Positions 9,458-19,847 of a DNA stretch of 46,840 bases are shown here, one piece after another; position 1 is the stretch's first letter, and every line of letters begins with the position of its first letter. Source of the stretch: Slackia sp. (GTDB lineage Bacteria; Actinomycetota; Coriobacteriia; Coriobacteriales; Eggerthellaceae); assembly GCA_030532315.1 (NCBI GenBank), contig JAUNLI010000002.1, forward strand, positions 1 through 46,840. The letters run 5' to 3'. The notes below the pieces were generated by a model. It saw only the letters and a list, made by a program, of their open reading frames with translations, had not been told where the DNA came from and did no database searches. The position numbers were made by a program, and so were the translations under genes.

Positions 9458-10318
9458 CTAAAGAGGCTCTGCAGATTTGAGCGTTTCAGTGTGCGGGTAA
9501 AACACGATGCGAATCCTATCGCCTGCGGCGCATGTCGCGAAGAACTCGATTTCATCGCGGTCGATTGACGCAAGCTCTATGCGATGCAAAGCCGATTCCT
9601 CAGCTCCCCCGTGAACTTCCGCGAAATCAACCTCCGTCATTTCGCCCGAAAAGCCTCCTTTTCGGGCATCGCCGCCGCGTTTGACCGTGTCTATTTCGAC
9701 AATCGAGGCCTCGATATTCTGCGGACCCGCCGCCATGTCGATCGCCAAACGCGAAAAACGAACGACCCCGAGTGCAAGCGCAGCACAGGCCAGCACTGCG
9801 ATAGTCACGATGATCACGTCGCTTATCACGCGTCCTCGCAACAACACGACGTTGCAACGACTGCCAAAACGCGCACGAAACACGCGCCACACGGTCACAA
9901 CCCAAGCAATCGTCGCTATCGCAACCCCCGCAACAAGCACCATGCGAGCGGTGCCGTAAGGAAGAAAGTCGGAAACTGCAATTCCAAGCGCCCACACTCC
10001 GACGACGCCCGCCACCTCCAAAGCCGCGCACAATAACACGGGGCGTCCGGCCTTAAGCACCTCTTTGTAGGAAAAATTCGATTGGCGCTTTGCGCCGCTG
10101 CCCGGCACACCATGCAAGACCGATCGCGCCAAAACGACGCAAACACCCCCGAGAAACAACGCCGCCAGAATCATAGATACAGCACCCACGGCATACGTAA
10201 CCAATCCGGCTGCATCGACACGCGAGGCCGCCCGAGAATAGAGAATGCACGCAACGATGCACACCGCTACAATGCCCGCCGCAAAGCGCGTTTCACGTGA
10301 AACGCTCGAATTCGCCAT
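9458..10318 (-). CDS. Hypothetical multi-pass membrane protein
   Basis: About five hydrophobic segments; RBS GAAAGGGG upstream. Confidence 0.65.
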   Translation of the reverse strand: MANSSVSRETRFAAGIVAVCIVACILYSRAASRVDAAGLVTYAVGAVSMILAALFLGGVCVVLARSVLHGVPGSGAKRQSNFSYKEVLKAGRPVLLCAALEVAGVVGVWALGIAVSDFLPYGTARMVLVAGVAIATIAWVVTVWRVFRARFGSRCNVVLLRGRVISDVIIVTIAVLACAALALGVVRFSRLAIDMAAGPQNIEASIVEIDTVKRGGDARKGGFSGEMTEVDFAEVHGGAEESALHRIELASIDRDEIEFFATCAAGDRIRIVFYPHTETLKSAEPL

Positions 10319-10410
10319 CTACCGGCCCCTTTCCAACATGGCACGTGCCTGGTCGTTCATCCAATCACATGTCTGGACCCGCTCTAACGGCATCAATAGG
10401 GTCAATCCAT

Positions 10411-11025
10411 CTACTCCTGTACTGGCGGATTCCCCAAAAGCGCGACGAAGCGCGACGCGGCCGAAGAGGGACGCAACGAAAGAAGAATCACCGACGAAGC
10501 GCCTTCGATTGCAATCGGTTCGATGCGGCACACGCCGCCCCACAGCTTCTCGCATGCAGCCGCCGACACGTCCGACACCTCGACGATGTCGACACTACCG
10601 CCCAGATTCGCAATCACCCCGAGGTCATCATCGTAAATATCACCAATCGGCACCAATTCCACATGCAAGGAAGAATCGGCCGCGTGAATACGGGGCCACG
10701 CATCGAGCACCATCCTCGCAGGACACGCCGCCGAAATTCCCAAACGAACCGTCGTACCGCCGAACGCCTCCTGTTCGCGAGCACGGCGCAACACGTCTTC
10801 GGACATGCGCATAATCGCGCGCGCATCTTCGACGACCGATGCGCCCGCAGGCGTGAGAAACACACCACGGCGCGTGCGGCTGAACAATTCGATCCCATAT
10901 TCGGCCTCGAACGTTTCGATGCGCTTGGCGAGGGCAGGTGTGGATACGCCGAGCTGTTTCGCGGCCTTCGAAAAACTGCCGCAATCCGCCGCCATGACAA
11001 CGGAATCGAGTCTTCGGTCGTACAC
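10411..11025 (-). CDS. Short LysR-family regulator (effector domain apparently truncated)
   Basis: GSFSKAAKQLGVSTPALAKRIETFEAEYGIELFSRTRRGVFLTPAG HTH; about 204 aa versus about 300 typical. Confidence 0.8.
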   Translation of the reverse strand: MYDRRLDSVVMAADCGSFSKAAKQLGVSTPALAKRIETFEAEYGIELFSRTRRGVFLTPAGASVVEDARAIMRMSEDVLRRAREQEAFGGTTVRLGISAACPARMVLDAWPRIHAADSSLHVELVPIGDIYDDDLGVIANLGGSVDIVEVSDVSAAACEKLWGGVCRIEPIAIEGASSVILLSLRPSSAASRFVALLGNPPVQE

Positions 11026-11063
11026 GCCCGCCCCCTTTCTTTTCCCCACGGTTTTCCACAGTG

Positions 11064-11082
11064 TATTAACTAATTGTTAATA
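11064..11082. promoter_or_regulatory. Palindromic LysR-type (T-N11-A) site
   Basis: TATTAAC-TAATT-GTTAATA about 40 bp upstream of the LysR start. Confidence 0.55.
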
Positions 11083-11391
11083 AGTTTTTCCCCTTTTTCT
11101 TAATAATCAGGGGATAACCAAGCTTGAGTGTTTTGTTTTAGTTAACACTAAAAAAGATACTTTTGTCCGGAGTGAAATCGACATAAATGCCCTGGAAATG
11201 CAAAACGGCCGGATAAATGCATAAAAAACGGGCCCCGCACAACGCGAAGGCCCGATTCATGCATCGATAGCTATTCAATTGCAAAGTGGAAATGGGGAAA
11301 ACTTCCCAGACGCGTCGCAGCACCTGAGGAAAACAACGAAGCCCCAGCACGCAAAGCGCCGAACGACGCCGTCCCCCGACGCGGCGAGCCC

Positions 11392-12783
11392 CTACTCGAT
11401 CGTCAGCGCGTCCGCCCCATCGATACGCAAGTCGGCCGCATAGAACGCCTCGAGCGCACGGATGCCGTTCAGCACGTCGCGCATGCCCATGGTCTCGAAC
11501 GAAGAATGCATGGCCAGCTGCGGCAGGCCCACGTCGATAGCGTGCATGCTCGCCTGGATGTTCGACAGGTTGCCCAACGTCGACCCGCCCGCCGTGTCGC
11601 TGCGATTCGCGAACGTTTGCAGCGGCACACGCGCATCGGCGCACACAGCCGTGAACGCCGCACGGCTAAACGCGTCAGTGCAATAATGCTGATTGGCCGC
11701 CTCTTTCACCACGATGCCACCATTGAGCACGGCCCTATTGGCCTCGTCGTATTTCTCGGGATGATTCGGATGCACCGCGTGAGCGTTGTCGCAGCTTACC
11801 AACATCGACTTCGCCAGAGCGCGACGGTAGTCCTCATCGGTGCCACCCAGCGCCGCGCACGCGCGCGTCAACACGTCAGGCAAAAACGTGGACATAGCGC
11901 CCTGCTTGGTATTCGAACCCACTTCCTCGTTGTCGAAACAGCACCATGCCGAAACCGCACCTTCATCGCCGCAGACGCGCAAAAACGCCTCCAGCGACAC
12001 ATACGCGCAAGCCAGGTCGTCAAGCTTCGGCGCCGAGAGGAACTCGCCCGCTGCGCCCCACACGCAAGGCCTCTGTCGGCTGACCAAGAACAGGTCGCGT
12101 GCAAGCACCTGTTCGAACGCCACGCCCGCCTCCTCGGCCACCAGCGCGTCGAACGCGCCGCGCTCGAGAGCGCCGACCGAGAACAACGGACACAGGTCCA
12201 CCTGCCTGTTGGGAGCGAACCCGGCGTTCACGCCGCGGTCCAGATGCACCGCCACGCTGGGGATGATCAGCAAATCGCAGTCGGGCGCAATCAGACGGCT
12301 TTCGATGCGATTGCCGTCACGCACCAGCACGCGACCCGCCACCGTGAGCGGACGATCGAACCACGTGTGGTCGATCATGCCGCCGTATGCTTCCACGTTC
12401 AAACGCAACGAACCGCCCGCGCCCTCGAGTTCGGGCACGGCCTTCACTTTGAACGTCGGCGAATCGGAATGCGATGCCGTCAATTTGAAATGGAACCCGT
12501 CACCCGACGGCTTTGCCTGAGCGCCCGTACGAAATGCAATGACGCTCGAGTTGTTGCGCACCGTGTAATAGCCGCAGCCAGGTTCGACCTGCCAGACATC
12601 GCCTTCGCGAAGATAGACGAATCCCGCCTCGTCGAGCCTGCGACGCGCCGCCGCCACGGCGTGAAACATGCTGGGGCTTTCTTCGATAAACGCGATCATG
12701 CCCTCGGCCGCTTCGCGATAGCAAGCAGGATCGATTCCCGCATTGTCTTGTTTTTCATCCGTTTTATCAGCAATGTCGACCAT
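11392..12783 (-). CDS. M18 family aminopeptidase (aspartyl aminopeptidase)
   Basis: SPSMFHAV, ASHSDSP, YGG..WFDRPL, DNEEVGS, DNAHAVHPN, GGSTLG, QLAMHS. Confidence 0.95.
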   Translation of the reverse strand: MVDIADKTDEKQDNAGIDPACYREAAEGMIAFIEESPSMFHAVAAARRRLDEAGFVYLREGDVWQVEPGCGYYTVRNNSSVIAFRTGAQAKPSGDGFHFKLTASHSDSPTFKVKAVPELEGAGGSLRLNVEAYGGMIDHTWFDRPLTVAGRVLVRDGNRIESRLIAPDCDLLIIPSVAVHLDRGVNAGFAPNRQVDLCPLFSVGALERGAFDALVAEEAGVAFEQVLARDLFLVSRQRPCVWGAAGEFLSAPKLDDLACAYVSLEAFLRVCGDEGAVSAWCCFDNEEVGSNTKQGAMSTFLPDVLTRACAALGGTDEDYRRALAKSMLVSCDNAHAVHPNHPEKYDEANRAVLNGGIVVKEAANQHYCTDAFSRAAFTAVCADARVPLQTFANRSDTAGGSTLGNLSNIQASMHAIDVGLPQLAMHSSFETMGMRDVLNGIRALEAFYAADLRIDGADALTIE

Positions 12784-12858
12784 ATAGGCAACCTCACTTC
12801 TCGTATCTTCGACGATTCCATCGGCGAGCAAGACGGGCACATGCCGCCATTATTCGCC

Positions 12859-12892
12859 AAAGCCCCGAACTATGTCGGGGCTTTTTCTTTTT
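12859..12892. terminator. Intrinsic terminator-like hairpin between purB and the aminopeptidase gene
   Basis: AAAGCCCCGA-actatg-TCGGGGCTTT followed by a T-run. Confidence 0.6.
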
Positions 12893-13076
12893 CGAAACGA
12901 CTCTGCAAGTTTTTTCGTTTTTCAATCATCCCAGAGTTCACTGCGTACGCGAAAGGCGGCCTATCGAACCATCCGAAAATCACGACCTGGCCTTTTGCCG
13001 GCATGGGCGATTGCGCGGGCCGCACGCAGGATGGAAAACGAAAAAACTTTGCGCAAAAAGGGGCGCTTTTTTGAAT

Positions 13077-14420
13077 TTAGAACTCCAGAGCCTCAAGCTT
13101 CTTGAATACCACGTCCTTATGACCCAAAAACGCCCACGGATCGAAAATTTCGTCGAGCACCTCAGACGAAAGCTTCGCCTCGGGATCGGTCTCCAAGCGC
13201 TCGCGATACGTCGGGCCGTCTACCGCGTTTTGAATGTCGTCCCACACGGCCATCGCGTTGCGCTGCACGATCGCATACGCCTCTTCGCGCGTGATGCCCG
13301 TATCCACCAGCGCCAGCAGCACCTTCGAGGAGTAGATCAGACCACGGGTACGGTTGAGGTTGTACTCCATCTTTTCGGGATACACCTGCAGCCCGTCAAG
13401 CATCCACTGCATCTTGGAGAACATATAGTCGAGGGCGGCAAAGCTGTCGGCCAGCACCACGCGCTCGGCACCGGAATGCGAGATGTCGCGCTCGAACCAC
13501 AGGGCGACGTTGTCATAGCCCACCTGCGCGTTCGCTTTCACCACACGCGCAAGACCGCAAACACGCTCGGCCGTGATTGGGTTACGCTTGTGCGGCATAG
13601 CGGAACTGCCCTTCTGGCCCGCACGGAACGGCTCTTCGGCCTCGATTACGTCGGTTTCCTGCATGAGGCGCACCTGCAACGCGATGGTCTCGAGTACGCT
13701 TGCGGCCACGGCAAGCGCGGAAAGCACCTGCGCATGACGGTCACGGAAGAGCACCTGCGTGGAAAGAGGGTCGGCCGTAAGACCCATCTTCTCGCACACG
13801 TATTGCTCGACGAATGGGTCGATGCTGGAATACGTACCCACGGCACCTGAAATAGCACCCGTCGCTGCCACGGTACGCGCTTCCTCCAGGCGCGTCTGCG
13901 TGCGCTTGAGCGCCCAAGCCCAGCTGCCGAACTTCATGCCGAAGGTCATAGGTTCGGCATGGATGCCATGCGTACGGCCGGCGCACAGAGCGTCCTGCAG
14001 CTCGAACGCACGGCGCTTGCAGGTTTCGCCAAGAGCCTTCACGTCTTCCAAGATGGTGTCAATCGACTGGACCACCTGGCACGAAAGCGCCGTATCGCCC
14101 AGGTCGGAAGAGGTCATTCCGTAGTGAACCCAGCGGCTGGGCTTTTCTTCGCCCTCGGCAACGTCGGCGTCGATATGCTCGCCCATGCAGGTAAGAAACG
14201 CAATCACGTCGTGGTGCGTAACGGCTTCGATTTCGTTGATGCGCTCGACCGTGAAGCCCGCATGCTCGCGAATCCAGGCAGCGTCTTCCTTGGTGATACC
14301 GCACTGGCCAAGCTCGGCCTGGGCTTCGCAGGCGAGAACCTCGATTTCCTGCCAAATGGCGAATTTGTTTTCGAACTCCCAGATTTTGCCCATGGCAGGA
14401 CGCGTATAGCGAGAAATCAT
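13077..14420 (-). CDS. purB: Adenylosuccinate lyase
   Basis: MISRY start, HYGMTSSD, GRTHGIHAEP, signature GSSAMPHKRNP. Confidence 0.97.
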   Translation of the reverse strand: MISRYTRPAMGKIWEFENKFAIWQEIEVLACEAQAELGQCGITKEDAAWIREHAGFTVERINEIEAVTHHDVIAFLTCMGEHIDADVAEGEEKPSRWVHYGMTSSDLGDTALSCQVVQSIDTILEDVKALGETCKRRAFELQDALCAGRTHGIHAEPMTFGMKFGSWAWALKRTQTRLEEARTVAATGAISGAVGTYSSIDPFVEQYVCEKMGLTADPLSTQVLFRDRHAQVLSALAVAASVLETIALQVRLMQETDVIEAEEPFRAGQKGSSAMPHKRNPITAERVCGLARVVKANAQVGYDNVALWFERDISHSGAERVVLADSFAALDYMFSKMQWMLDGLQVYPEKMEYNLNRTRGLIYSSKVLLALVDTGITREEAYAIVQRNAMAVWDDIQNAVDGPTYRERLETDPEAKLSSEVLDEIFDPWAFLGHKDVVFKKLEALEF

Positions 14421-14665
14421 GCCGGTTCCTTTCAGTTCGACGAAGCCGTCTCACGCTTCCGCTTGCTCGGCAGCGCAACGATATACCGCTTCGGTTCGTA
14501 TTTTGCGATAGCTTTCACAGCGAACTCCACTATAGCGCCGTCACGCAGGCGAGCGAAGCGGCCCAGGATAGGTTCGCGAAAAACAAAGAAGCAGCGCGAG
14601 CAAAGACGGAAAAGGAAGCGCCTCAACGTCAACGCCACTTGCGCCGACAGCGTTGTCCGCGGCTG

Positions 14666-15346
14666 CTACAGATTGGCGAACAGGGCACGCACGTCGTCGA
14701 CCACGTCGTGCTCGGCAACCACCACGGCCTTGTCACCCGGATACAGCACAGCATCGGGCGAGGCGATTTCGGCGTCGTTGTATTCGCGGCGGTCAATCGC
14801 AGCGAGAATGGCCCCTTCGGGAAGCGCGATCATGTAGGCCGGTACGCCCTCTTCAGGGTCGAAGTGCTTCATACGCGAAGGAATGCCCAACTCGATCAGC
14901 GATATATCGCCGCGTGAAAGGGCCGACACCACGCCGACGCTGCCGAGCAACGCCTCTTCTTCGATCATGTTCGCGATCAGCATGGTAGACGACACGCTCT
15001 CGATGCCCACCTCACGGAAAATGCGGCGGTTCTTCGGGTTGTTCACACGTGCGATGCAGCGCGGCACATTGAACACGCGCGTGGCGATTTCGCACGCCAC
15101 CAGGTTGTCGTCGTCGCGGCCGGTCACGGCCACGAACACGTCGGCGTTGCGGATGCCCGCGTCTTCTTGGAAATCAGAATCGCATCCGTCGCCGTTGATG
15201 ACCAGATACTGGCCTTGCAGTTCAATGGAAAGACGGTCGGCCTGGGCACGGTTCGCCTCAAGCACGGCAACCTCGTGATGCTGCCTTAAAAGCACGTCGG
15301 CCAGATAATTTCCCACCTTGCCGCCGCCCATGATGACGATGTACAT
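14666..15346 (-). CDS. trkA: TrkA/Ktr potassium uptake RCK subunit
   Basis: IVIMGGGKVG Rossmann motif, GDG, AVTGRDDDNL, IARVNNP, TrkA_C domain. Confidence 0.9.
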   Translation of the reverse strand: MYIVIMGGGKVGNYLADVLLRQHHEVAVLEANRAQADRLSIELQGQYLVINGDGCDSDFQEDAGIRNADVFVAVTGRDDDNLVACEIATRVFNVPRCIARVNNPKNRRIFREVGIESVSSTMLIANMIEEEALLGSVGVVSALSRGDISLIELGIPSRMKHFDPEEGVPAYMIALPEGAILAAIDRREYNDAEIASPDAVLYPGDKAVVVAEHDVVDDVRALFANL

Positions 15347-15397
15347 GGTTCCTCCCGGTATGTCGCGGCCCGCCCGCTTCGCCGGACCGCAACTCGC

Positions 15398-16057
15398 CTA
15401 CATCTGCATGTATTTCGAAAACGCGCCGAGCAGGTCGTGGCGCACGCAGGCTAAAACGCTATCGCCATGATAGAGCACGCTGTCGCGCGTAGGAATGGAG
15501 CTTGCGCTGCCGTCGCGGCGTTCGAACACCACGATACGAATACCGTGGTTGCGCTCGAGCTCGGACACCTTCACCTGATTGCGGCTCGTGCTGGAAAGGT
15601 CGAGCGAGAACCGCAGGATTTCGAAATCGCCGAATGTGTCCAGATGACTTCCGTGACCCGACAGAATCTTCGAGAACACCTCTTCGGCCACCAACGACGT
15701 GCCGCACACGTAGTCGAGACCGAGCTGCATGTAGGCACGCTCGCGAGCGGGATTATACAAACGGGCGATAACATGGGGCACATGGAATATGCGGCGCGCA
15801 ACCTCGACCACCATCAGGTTCGAATTGTCCGACTGCGTGACCGCAGCCACAACGTCGGCCTCTTCGACGCCCGCGCGGATGAGCACGTCTTCGTCGAAGC
15901 CAAGGCCTTGCAAGGTAGTGCCGTTGAAATTGCGGCTCAGATTCGAGAACGCCTCGGCATTGCGGTCGACCACGCAGACGTTGCCATCGTTTTGCGAAAG
16001 CAGCGTGGCAAGCTGGGAGCCCACGCGACCGCAGCCGACGATGATGATGTTCGCCAT
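15398..16057 (-). CDS. trkA: TrkA/Ktr potassium uptake RCK subunit
   Basis: IIIVGCGRVG, GLGFD, AVTQSDNSN, VIARLYNP. Confidence 0.9.
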   Translation of the reverse strand: MANIIIVGCGRVGSQLATLLSQNDGNVCVVDRNAEAFSNLSRNFNGTTLQGLGFDEDVLIRAGVEEADVVAAVTQSDNSNLMVVEVARRIFHVPHVIARLYNPARERAYMQLGLDYVCGTSLVAEEVFSKILSGHGSHLDTFGDFEILRFSLDLSSTSRNQVKVSELERNHGIRIVVFERRDGSASSIPTRDSVLYHGDSVLACVRHDLLGAFSKYMQM

Positions 16058-16071
16058 TGCGCACCTTCCCT

Positions 16072-16102
16072 AAAAAGAAGATGCGCCGCAAAGCGCATCT
16101 TC
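16072..16102 (-). terminator. Terminator hairpin immediately upstream of the trkA RBS
   Basis: Minus strand GAAGATGCGC-tttgcg-GCGCATCTTC-TTTTT, then AGGGAAGG and ATG. Confidence 0.65.
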
Positions 16103-16112
16103 GCCATGTTCC

Positions 16113-16832
16113 TTACAGGAATTTGTAATACACCGAGCGAACGCCCCAGTCGTGTACGTCAGTCACGCCGAAGGCCTTCCAACATCCAGGAGCAAGGTCG
16201 AGGGCTCGACCATAGGCCTCGAAACCACCCGTGTCGGTGACCGTGGCCACAATGATCGTCTCACCATAGCGAAGAGCAACCGGGTGGCCGAGCAGATAAG
16301 CCTGCGACTCGGGAACAGCAACCGTCAGACCTTCGCTTGACAGGGGGACACCCGACGCGGTGACGTCGGTGCCGAAGTTGCCCTTGCCGTCGTCGTTGTC
16401 GGCATGGCTGTAAGCCGAAGCCGAACCGAGCATCCAGCCGTCGCTTTCGTCGGGCAGAATATGCGGGGCCGTCGGAAGCGGATCGGTGGTTCCGAGAGCC
16501 AGAGCAGCCGCCGTCGTGGATTCGTTCGTAACGTCATATGCAGAGATGACAATGACGGGATCGGGGTCTTTCACCGTGATGGATCGCTTCGCCGCCGAAG
16601 AGACGGATTCTACATCGCCACTCGTGGCGCGCATACGCTCGGCGGAAGAAGCCGGGGCTTCGTCTGCCGTGTTGCGTTCGGCCCCGATGCCGATCGTGTC
16701 GACATCGACATCATGCGACGCAACGGCGGGCTGCAGCCTGAACGCAGGAACCGCCGCAACAATGACGACGGCGCACACGATCAACGCCAGGGGCGCCAAG
16801 CGAAGCGAACTATGTGATGTCTGTCGAGCCAA
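16113..16832 (-). CDS. Secreted RlpA-like/3D (double-psi beta-barrel) cell-wall protein
   Basis: Signal/TM segment, ASAY, TASG, VAVP, VTDTGG, RALDL; TTG start after GGAGG. Confidence 0.75.
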   Translation of the reverse strand: MARQTSHSSLRLAPLALIVCAVVIVAAVPAFRLQPAVASHDVDVDTIGIGAERNTADEAPASSAERMRATSGDVESVSSAAKRSITVKDPDPVIVISAYDVTNESTTAAALALGTTDPLPTAPHILPDESDGWMLGSASAYSHADNDDGKGNFGTDVTASGVPLSSEGLTVAVPESQAYLLGHPVALRYGETIIVATVTDTGGFEAYGRALDLAPGCWKAFGVTDVHDWGVRSVYYKFL

Positions 16833-17105
16833 ATATCCTCCCCATACGGCGCAGGAACCTGCTGCTGCAAGTAAAGGCGGCGTCTCGCGAAGCAAGCGCA
16901 CGCACTGCGCATACGGTCATGAAAAACCCGATTATTGTAATCGAAGCGGGCCGTATTGGCCAACATCGTGCGGCCCTCGCACAGAAAACCACAGAAACAT
17001 ACGTCTCTCATCAGGCATTATGTAATTTCATACGAAAAAGGCCGCGCAAAGCACGACCTAAGAAAACTTGGAAAGCACCGTTCGCCAGCCCGAGAAAACC
17101 GTTCG

Positions 17106-17537
17106 CTAGGCTCGAGGAACCACCAACGCGATAAGAAGGTAGGCAAAAACCACCGTCGGCGGGGAAACAAGCAACAAAATCACCGCTATAACCCTCACGA
17201 CCGTGGAATCGACGCCGAAATAATACGCGATGCCGCCGCATACGCCCAAAAAACGCTTGTCGGCGAGACTGCGACGGAAAGGGCCGCGCGGACGCGAAGC
17301 GACGAAACCTGCAAGCTTTCCCCGCTTCGACGCCCACAGCAAATAGGCCCCGGCTGCGACCAGAGCGCAGGGCCACACGATGCGCCAGAGCATGCCGACA
17401 AGAGCACCCAGGCGGGCCCAGATGTGATGGGGAACGATATTGCCTGCCAAGCTGAACAACCCGAGCGCAATCAGCGCGATGCCGAGCACTACCGCAACAC
17501 GGGGACGCCGCGGATTTTTTCGATAATCTGTCATCAC
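17106..17537 (-). CDS. PspC-domain membrane protein (C-terminal PspC)
   Basis: RRSLADKRFLGVCGGIAYYFGVDSTVVRV. Confidence 0.9.
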   Translation of the reverse strand: MMTDYRKNPRRPRVAVVLGIALIALGLFSLAGNIVPHHIWARLGALVGMLWRIVWPCALVAAGAYLLWASKRGKLAGFVASRPRGPFRRSLADKRFLGVCGGIAYYFGVDSTVVRVIAVILLLVSPPTVVFAYLLIALVVPRA

Positions 17538-17546
17538 GCCCCCCTC

Positions 17547-18419
17547 TTAAATCCACGGATTGATGTCAAGAACGCGCATACCGAACGGCATGTGCACGGT
17601 CACGTATTCCACGGGACCCGGAATGGCGAACGCCGTGCATGTGGCAACGCATACCACTACCACGCACAAGGCCATGCCGAAATCAAACATCTGGTCATGG
17701 AGCGAAACATTCATCACTATAAGGCCCGCAATCACCAAAAAAATCGGCCACAATTTGGACACGGCATAGGCGACAGAGGCGGAAGAAAGCACGCCGACCG
17801 ACATAAGCAGCATGACCGAACCCGCGCTGACAAGCGCCAATCCGCCCGAAAAGCGCCTGATATAGGAGCCTTTCTTCGACGGAACGAACATCAACACCAA
17901 GCCGGCTACGACGCACGCGAGAGGCCACAGGTCCCACCACACCACGCCGTCAATGAGAAAGTCGAACAAAAGAACCACGTCGACAGCCAGAATGGCCGAA
18001 CCGATCCAGACGCATAGACGAGACCAACCGGCCATGCCGCACTTTTCGCACGGCTCCTCCACCGGCACGACAGGCGCAACCGTCGGGGCAGGCCTGCACT
18101 CGCCCCCATCAACCACGAATCCGGCAGGAGGCACAGGCGCCGCCCCCCGATCGCGGCGGCCGCGCGGACGGCCGGCGGCGGGCTGCTCCGCTGGAACATA
18201 GACGGCACACGAGATAGGGGCAGGAACCTCCATTCGCTTAGGCAAGACGAGCCACATAACCACATAGACAATGGCGGCAAGGCCCATCGTGCAGACCGTC
18301 AACAAGACGGCGAGAATGCGAGCGGCGGCAGGATCGATGTCAAGGCGTTCCGCAACGCCGGCGCACACGCCGGAAACGACCTCGTCGTCGGAACGGTAAA
18401 GGCGAGTCGCCTCGACCAC
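17547..18419 (-). CDS. PspC-domain membrane protein (N-terminal PspC)
   Basis: RLYRSDDEVVSGVCAGVAERLDIDP plus multiple TM segments. Confidence 0.9.
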   Translation of the reverse strand: MVEATRLYRSDDEVVSGVCAGVAERLDIDPAAARILAVLLTVCTMGLAAIVYVVMWLVLPKRMEVPAPISCAVYVPAEQPAAGRPRGRRDRGAAPVPPAGFVVDGGECRPAPTVAPVVPVEEPCEKCGMAGWSRLCVWIGSAILAVDVVLLFDFLIDGVVWWDLWPLACVVAGLVLMFVPSKKGSYIRRFSGGLALVSAGSVMLLMSVGVLSSASVAYAVSKLWPIFLVIAGLIVMNVSLHDQMFDFGMALCVVVVCVATCTAFAIPGPVEYVTVHMPFGMRVLDINPWI

Positions 18420-18464
18420 AGCCTGCCTCCTCCCTTTCGTCTCTTGCGGCCTATGAACGCAGGC

Positions 18465-19790
18465 CTAGTCGACCTGCGAGTCCAAAGCCTCTTGCTCTGC
18501 GGCGGAAATGCGCTTGACGCGCAGCTGGGAAACGCGGCGGCGGCGCATCTGCTGCACCTTGAACGCGAAACCTTCCACCTCGAACTCGTCGCCAAGCTGA
18601 GGAACGCAATCGAACGTGTCCATCAGCCAACCGGCGATCGTTTCGTAGCCTTCGTCTTCTTTCACGGGCCAGCCAAGCGATGCGGCCTCGTCGCACGGGC
18701 ACGAGCCTACGACAACCCATTCGTCTTCGGCGAGCTGCGTGACGTGCTCGTTTTCGCCGAAGTCCGTCTCATCGATGATTTCGCCGACGATTTCCTCGAC
18801 GATGTCTTCGATGGTAATTAAACCGGCAGTTCCGCCGTATTCATCGACAACGACCGTCATCTGTTGACGATTCGTTTGCATCTCGTTGAGCAGGGGCAAC
18901 AAGGCCTTACTTTCGGGAACGAAGCCCACCTCGGCCATGTAGTCGGCAACCGTATCGGTCTCTTTGCCGTCAAGCAGGGGGTTGATGAGGTCTTTGTAGC
19001 GCACGACGCCCACAATGCCGTCGAGATCGTCGTGATAAACAGGGAGGCGCGAATATCCGGTACCGCGCATGCGGTCGAGCGCCTGCTTCACCGTTTCGGT
19101 GTCCTCCACGGCGATCACGTCGACGCGCGGCGTCATGGCCTCTTCCGCCGTGGCATCGCCCAAGTCGAGCACCTCGTGAATCATGCGCTTCTCGTCGTCG
19201 TCAAGCTCCTCGTTGTCGGCCACGATGTAGCGAATCTCCTCTTCGGAAACTTCCTGGCGCTCGTCGGCGCTTTTCACGCCCATGAGACGCGCGATCAAAT
19301 TCGCCGAAGCAGCCGTGAACCGCACAATCGGGCTGGCAATCTTCTGGAACACCTTCAACGGGCCCGCAACCGCCTTCGAAACCGATTCAGCGGACGAAAG
19401 CGCAATGCGCTTGGGCACCAGCTCGCCGATCACGATGCTGAAGTACGACACCACAAGCGTGATAAGGACGGGAGCAAGGGCGGGTGCGACGAAAGCGAGC
19501 CAACTGATGCCGAACGAAGACATCCATTGCGCCAAGGGGTCAGAAAGGTTCGTCGCGGCCGCAGCCGAAGCGAAAAACCCTACCAGCGTGATGGCCACCT
19601 GGATCGTTGCCAGAAACCGGTCGGAATCAGAAGCGAGCTCAAGAGCCGTCGCCGCTTTCTTCGAACCTTCCTCGGCCTCTTTTTGAAGAACGATCCTACG
19701 CGCATTGACCAGCGCCATCTCAGATGCGGAAAAATACCCGTTCACCAGGATGAGAACGAACGTGACCAGAATGCTTATGCCGACGTCCAT
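18465..19790 (-). CDS. CNNM/CBS/CorC-HlyC 'hemolysin family' transporter
   Basis: NGYFSASEMA, GELVPKRIA, MTPRVDV, GYSRLPVY, VVDEYGGTAGLITIEDIVEEIVGEI. Confidence 0.95.
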   Translation of the reverse strand: MDVGISILVTFVLILVNGYFSASEMALVNARRIVLQKEAEEGSKKAATALELASDSDRFLATIQVAITLVGFFASAAAATNLSDPLAQWMSSFGISWLAFVAPALAPVLITLVVSYFSIVIGELVPKRIALSSAESVSKAVAGPLKVFQKIASPIVRFTAASANLIARLMGVKSADERQEVSEEEIRYIVADNEELDDDEKRMIHEVLDLGDATAEEAMTPRVDVIAVEDTETVKQALDRMRGTGYSRLPVYHDDLDGIVGVVRYKDLINPLLDGKETDTVADYMAEVGFVPESKALLPLLNEMQTNRQQMTVVVDEYGGTAGLITIEDIVEEIVGEIIDETDFGENEHVTQLAEDEWVVVGSCPCDEAASLGWPVKEDEGYETIAGWLMDTFDCVPQLGDEFEVEGFAFKVQQMRRRRVSQLRVKRISAAEQEALDSQVD

Positions 19791-19847
19791 GGGAATATGT
19801 CACAACCTTTTCAAGCTCGCCGCCTACCAGGCGGATAACACACGCGC

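Noticed and set aside
11041-11200. oriC or dif site (TTTTCCACA, AT-rich DNA, TTATGTCG)
   Set aside because: A single mismatched DnaA box, no dnaA/dnaN context and no matching second Xer arm.
16833-17100. c-di-AMP (ydaO) riboswitch ahead of the RlpA-like and trkA genes
   Set aside because: The conserved ydaO motifs were not found on the minus strand.
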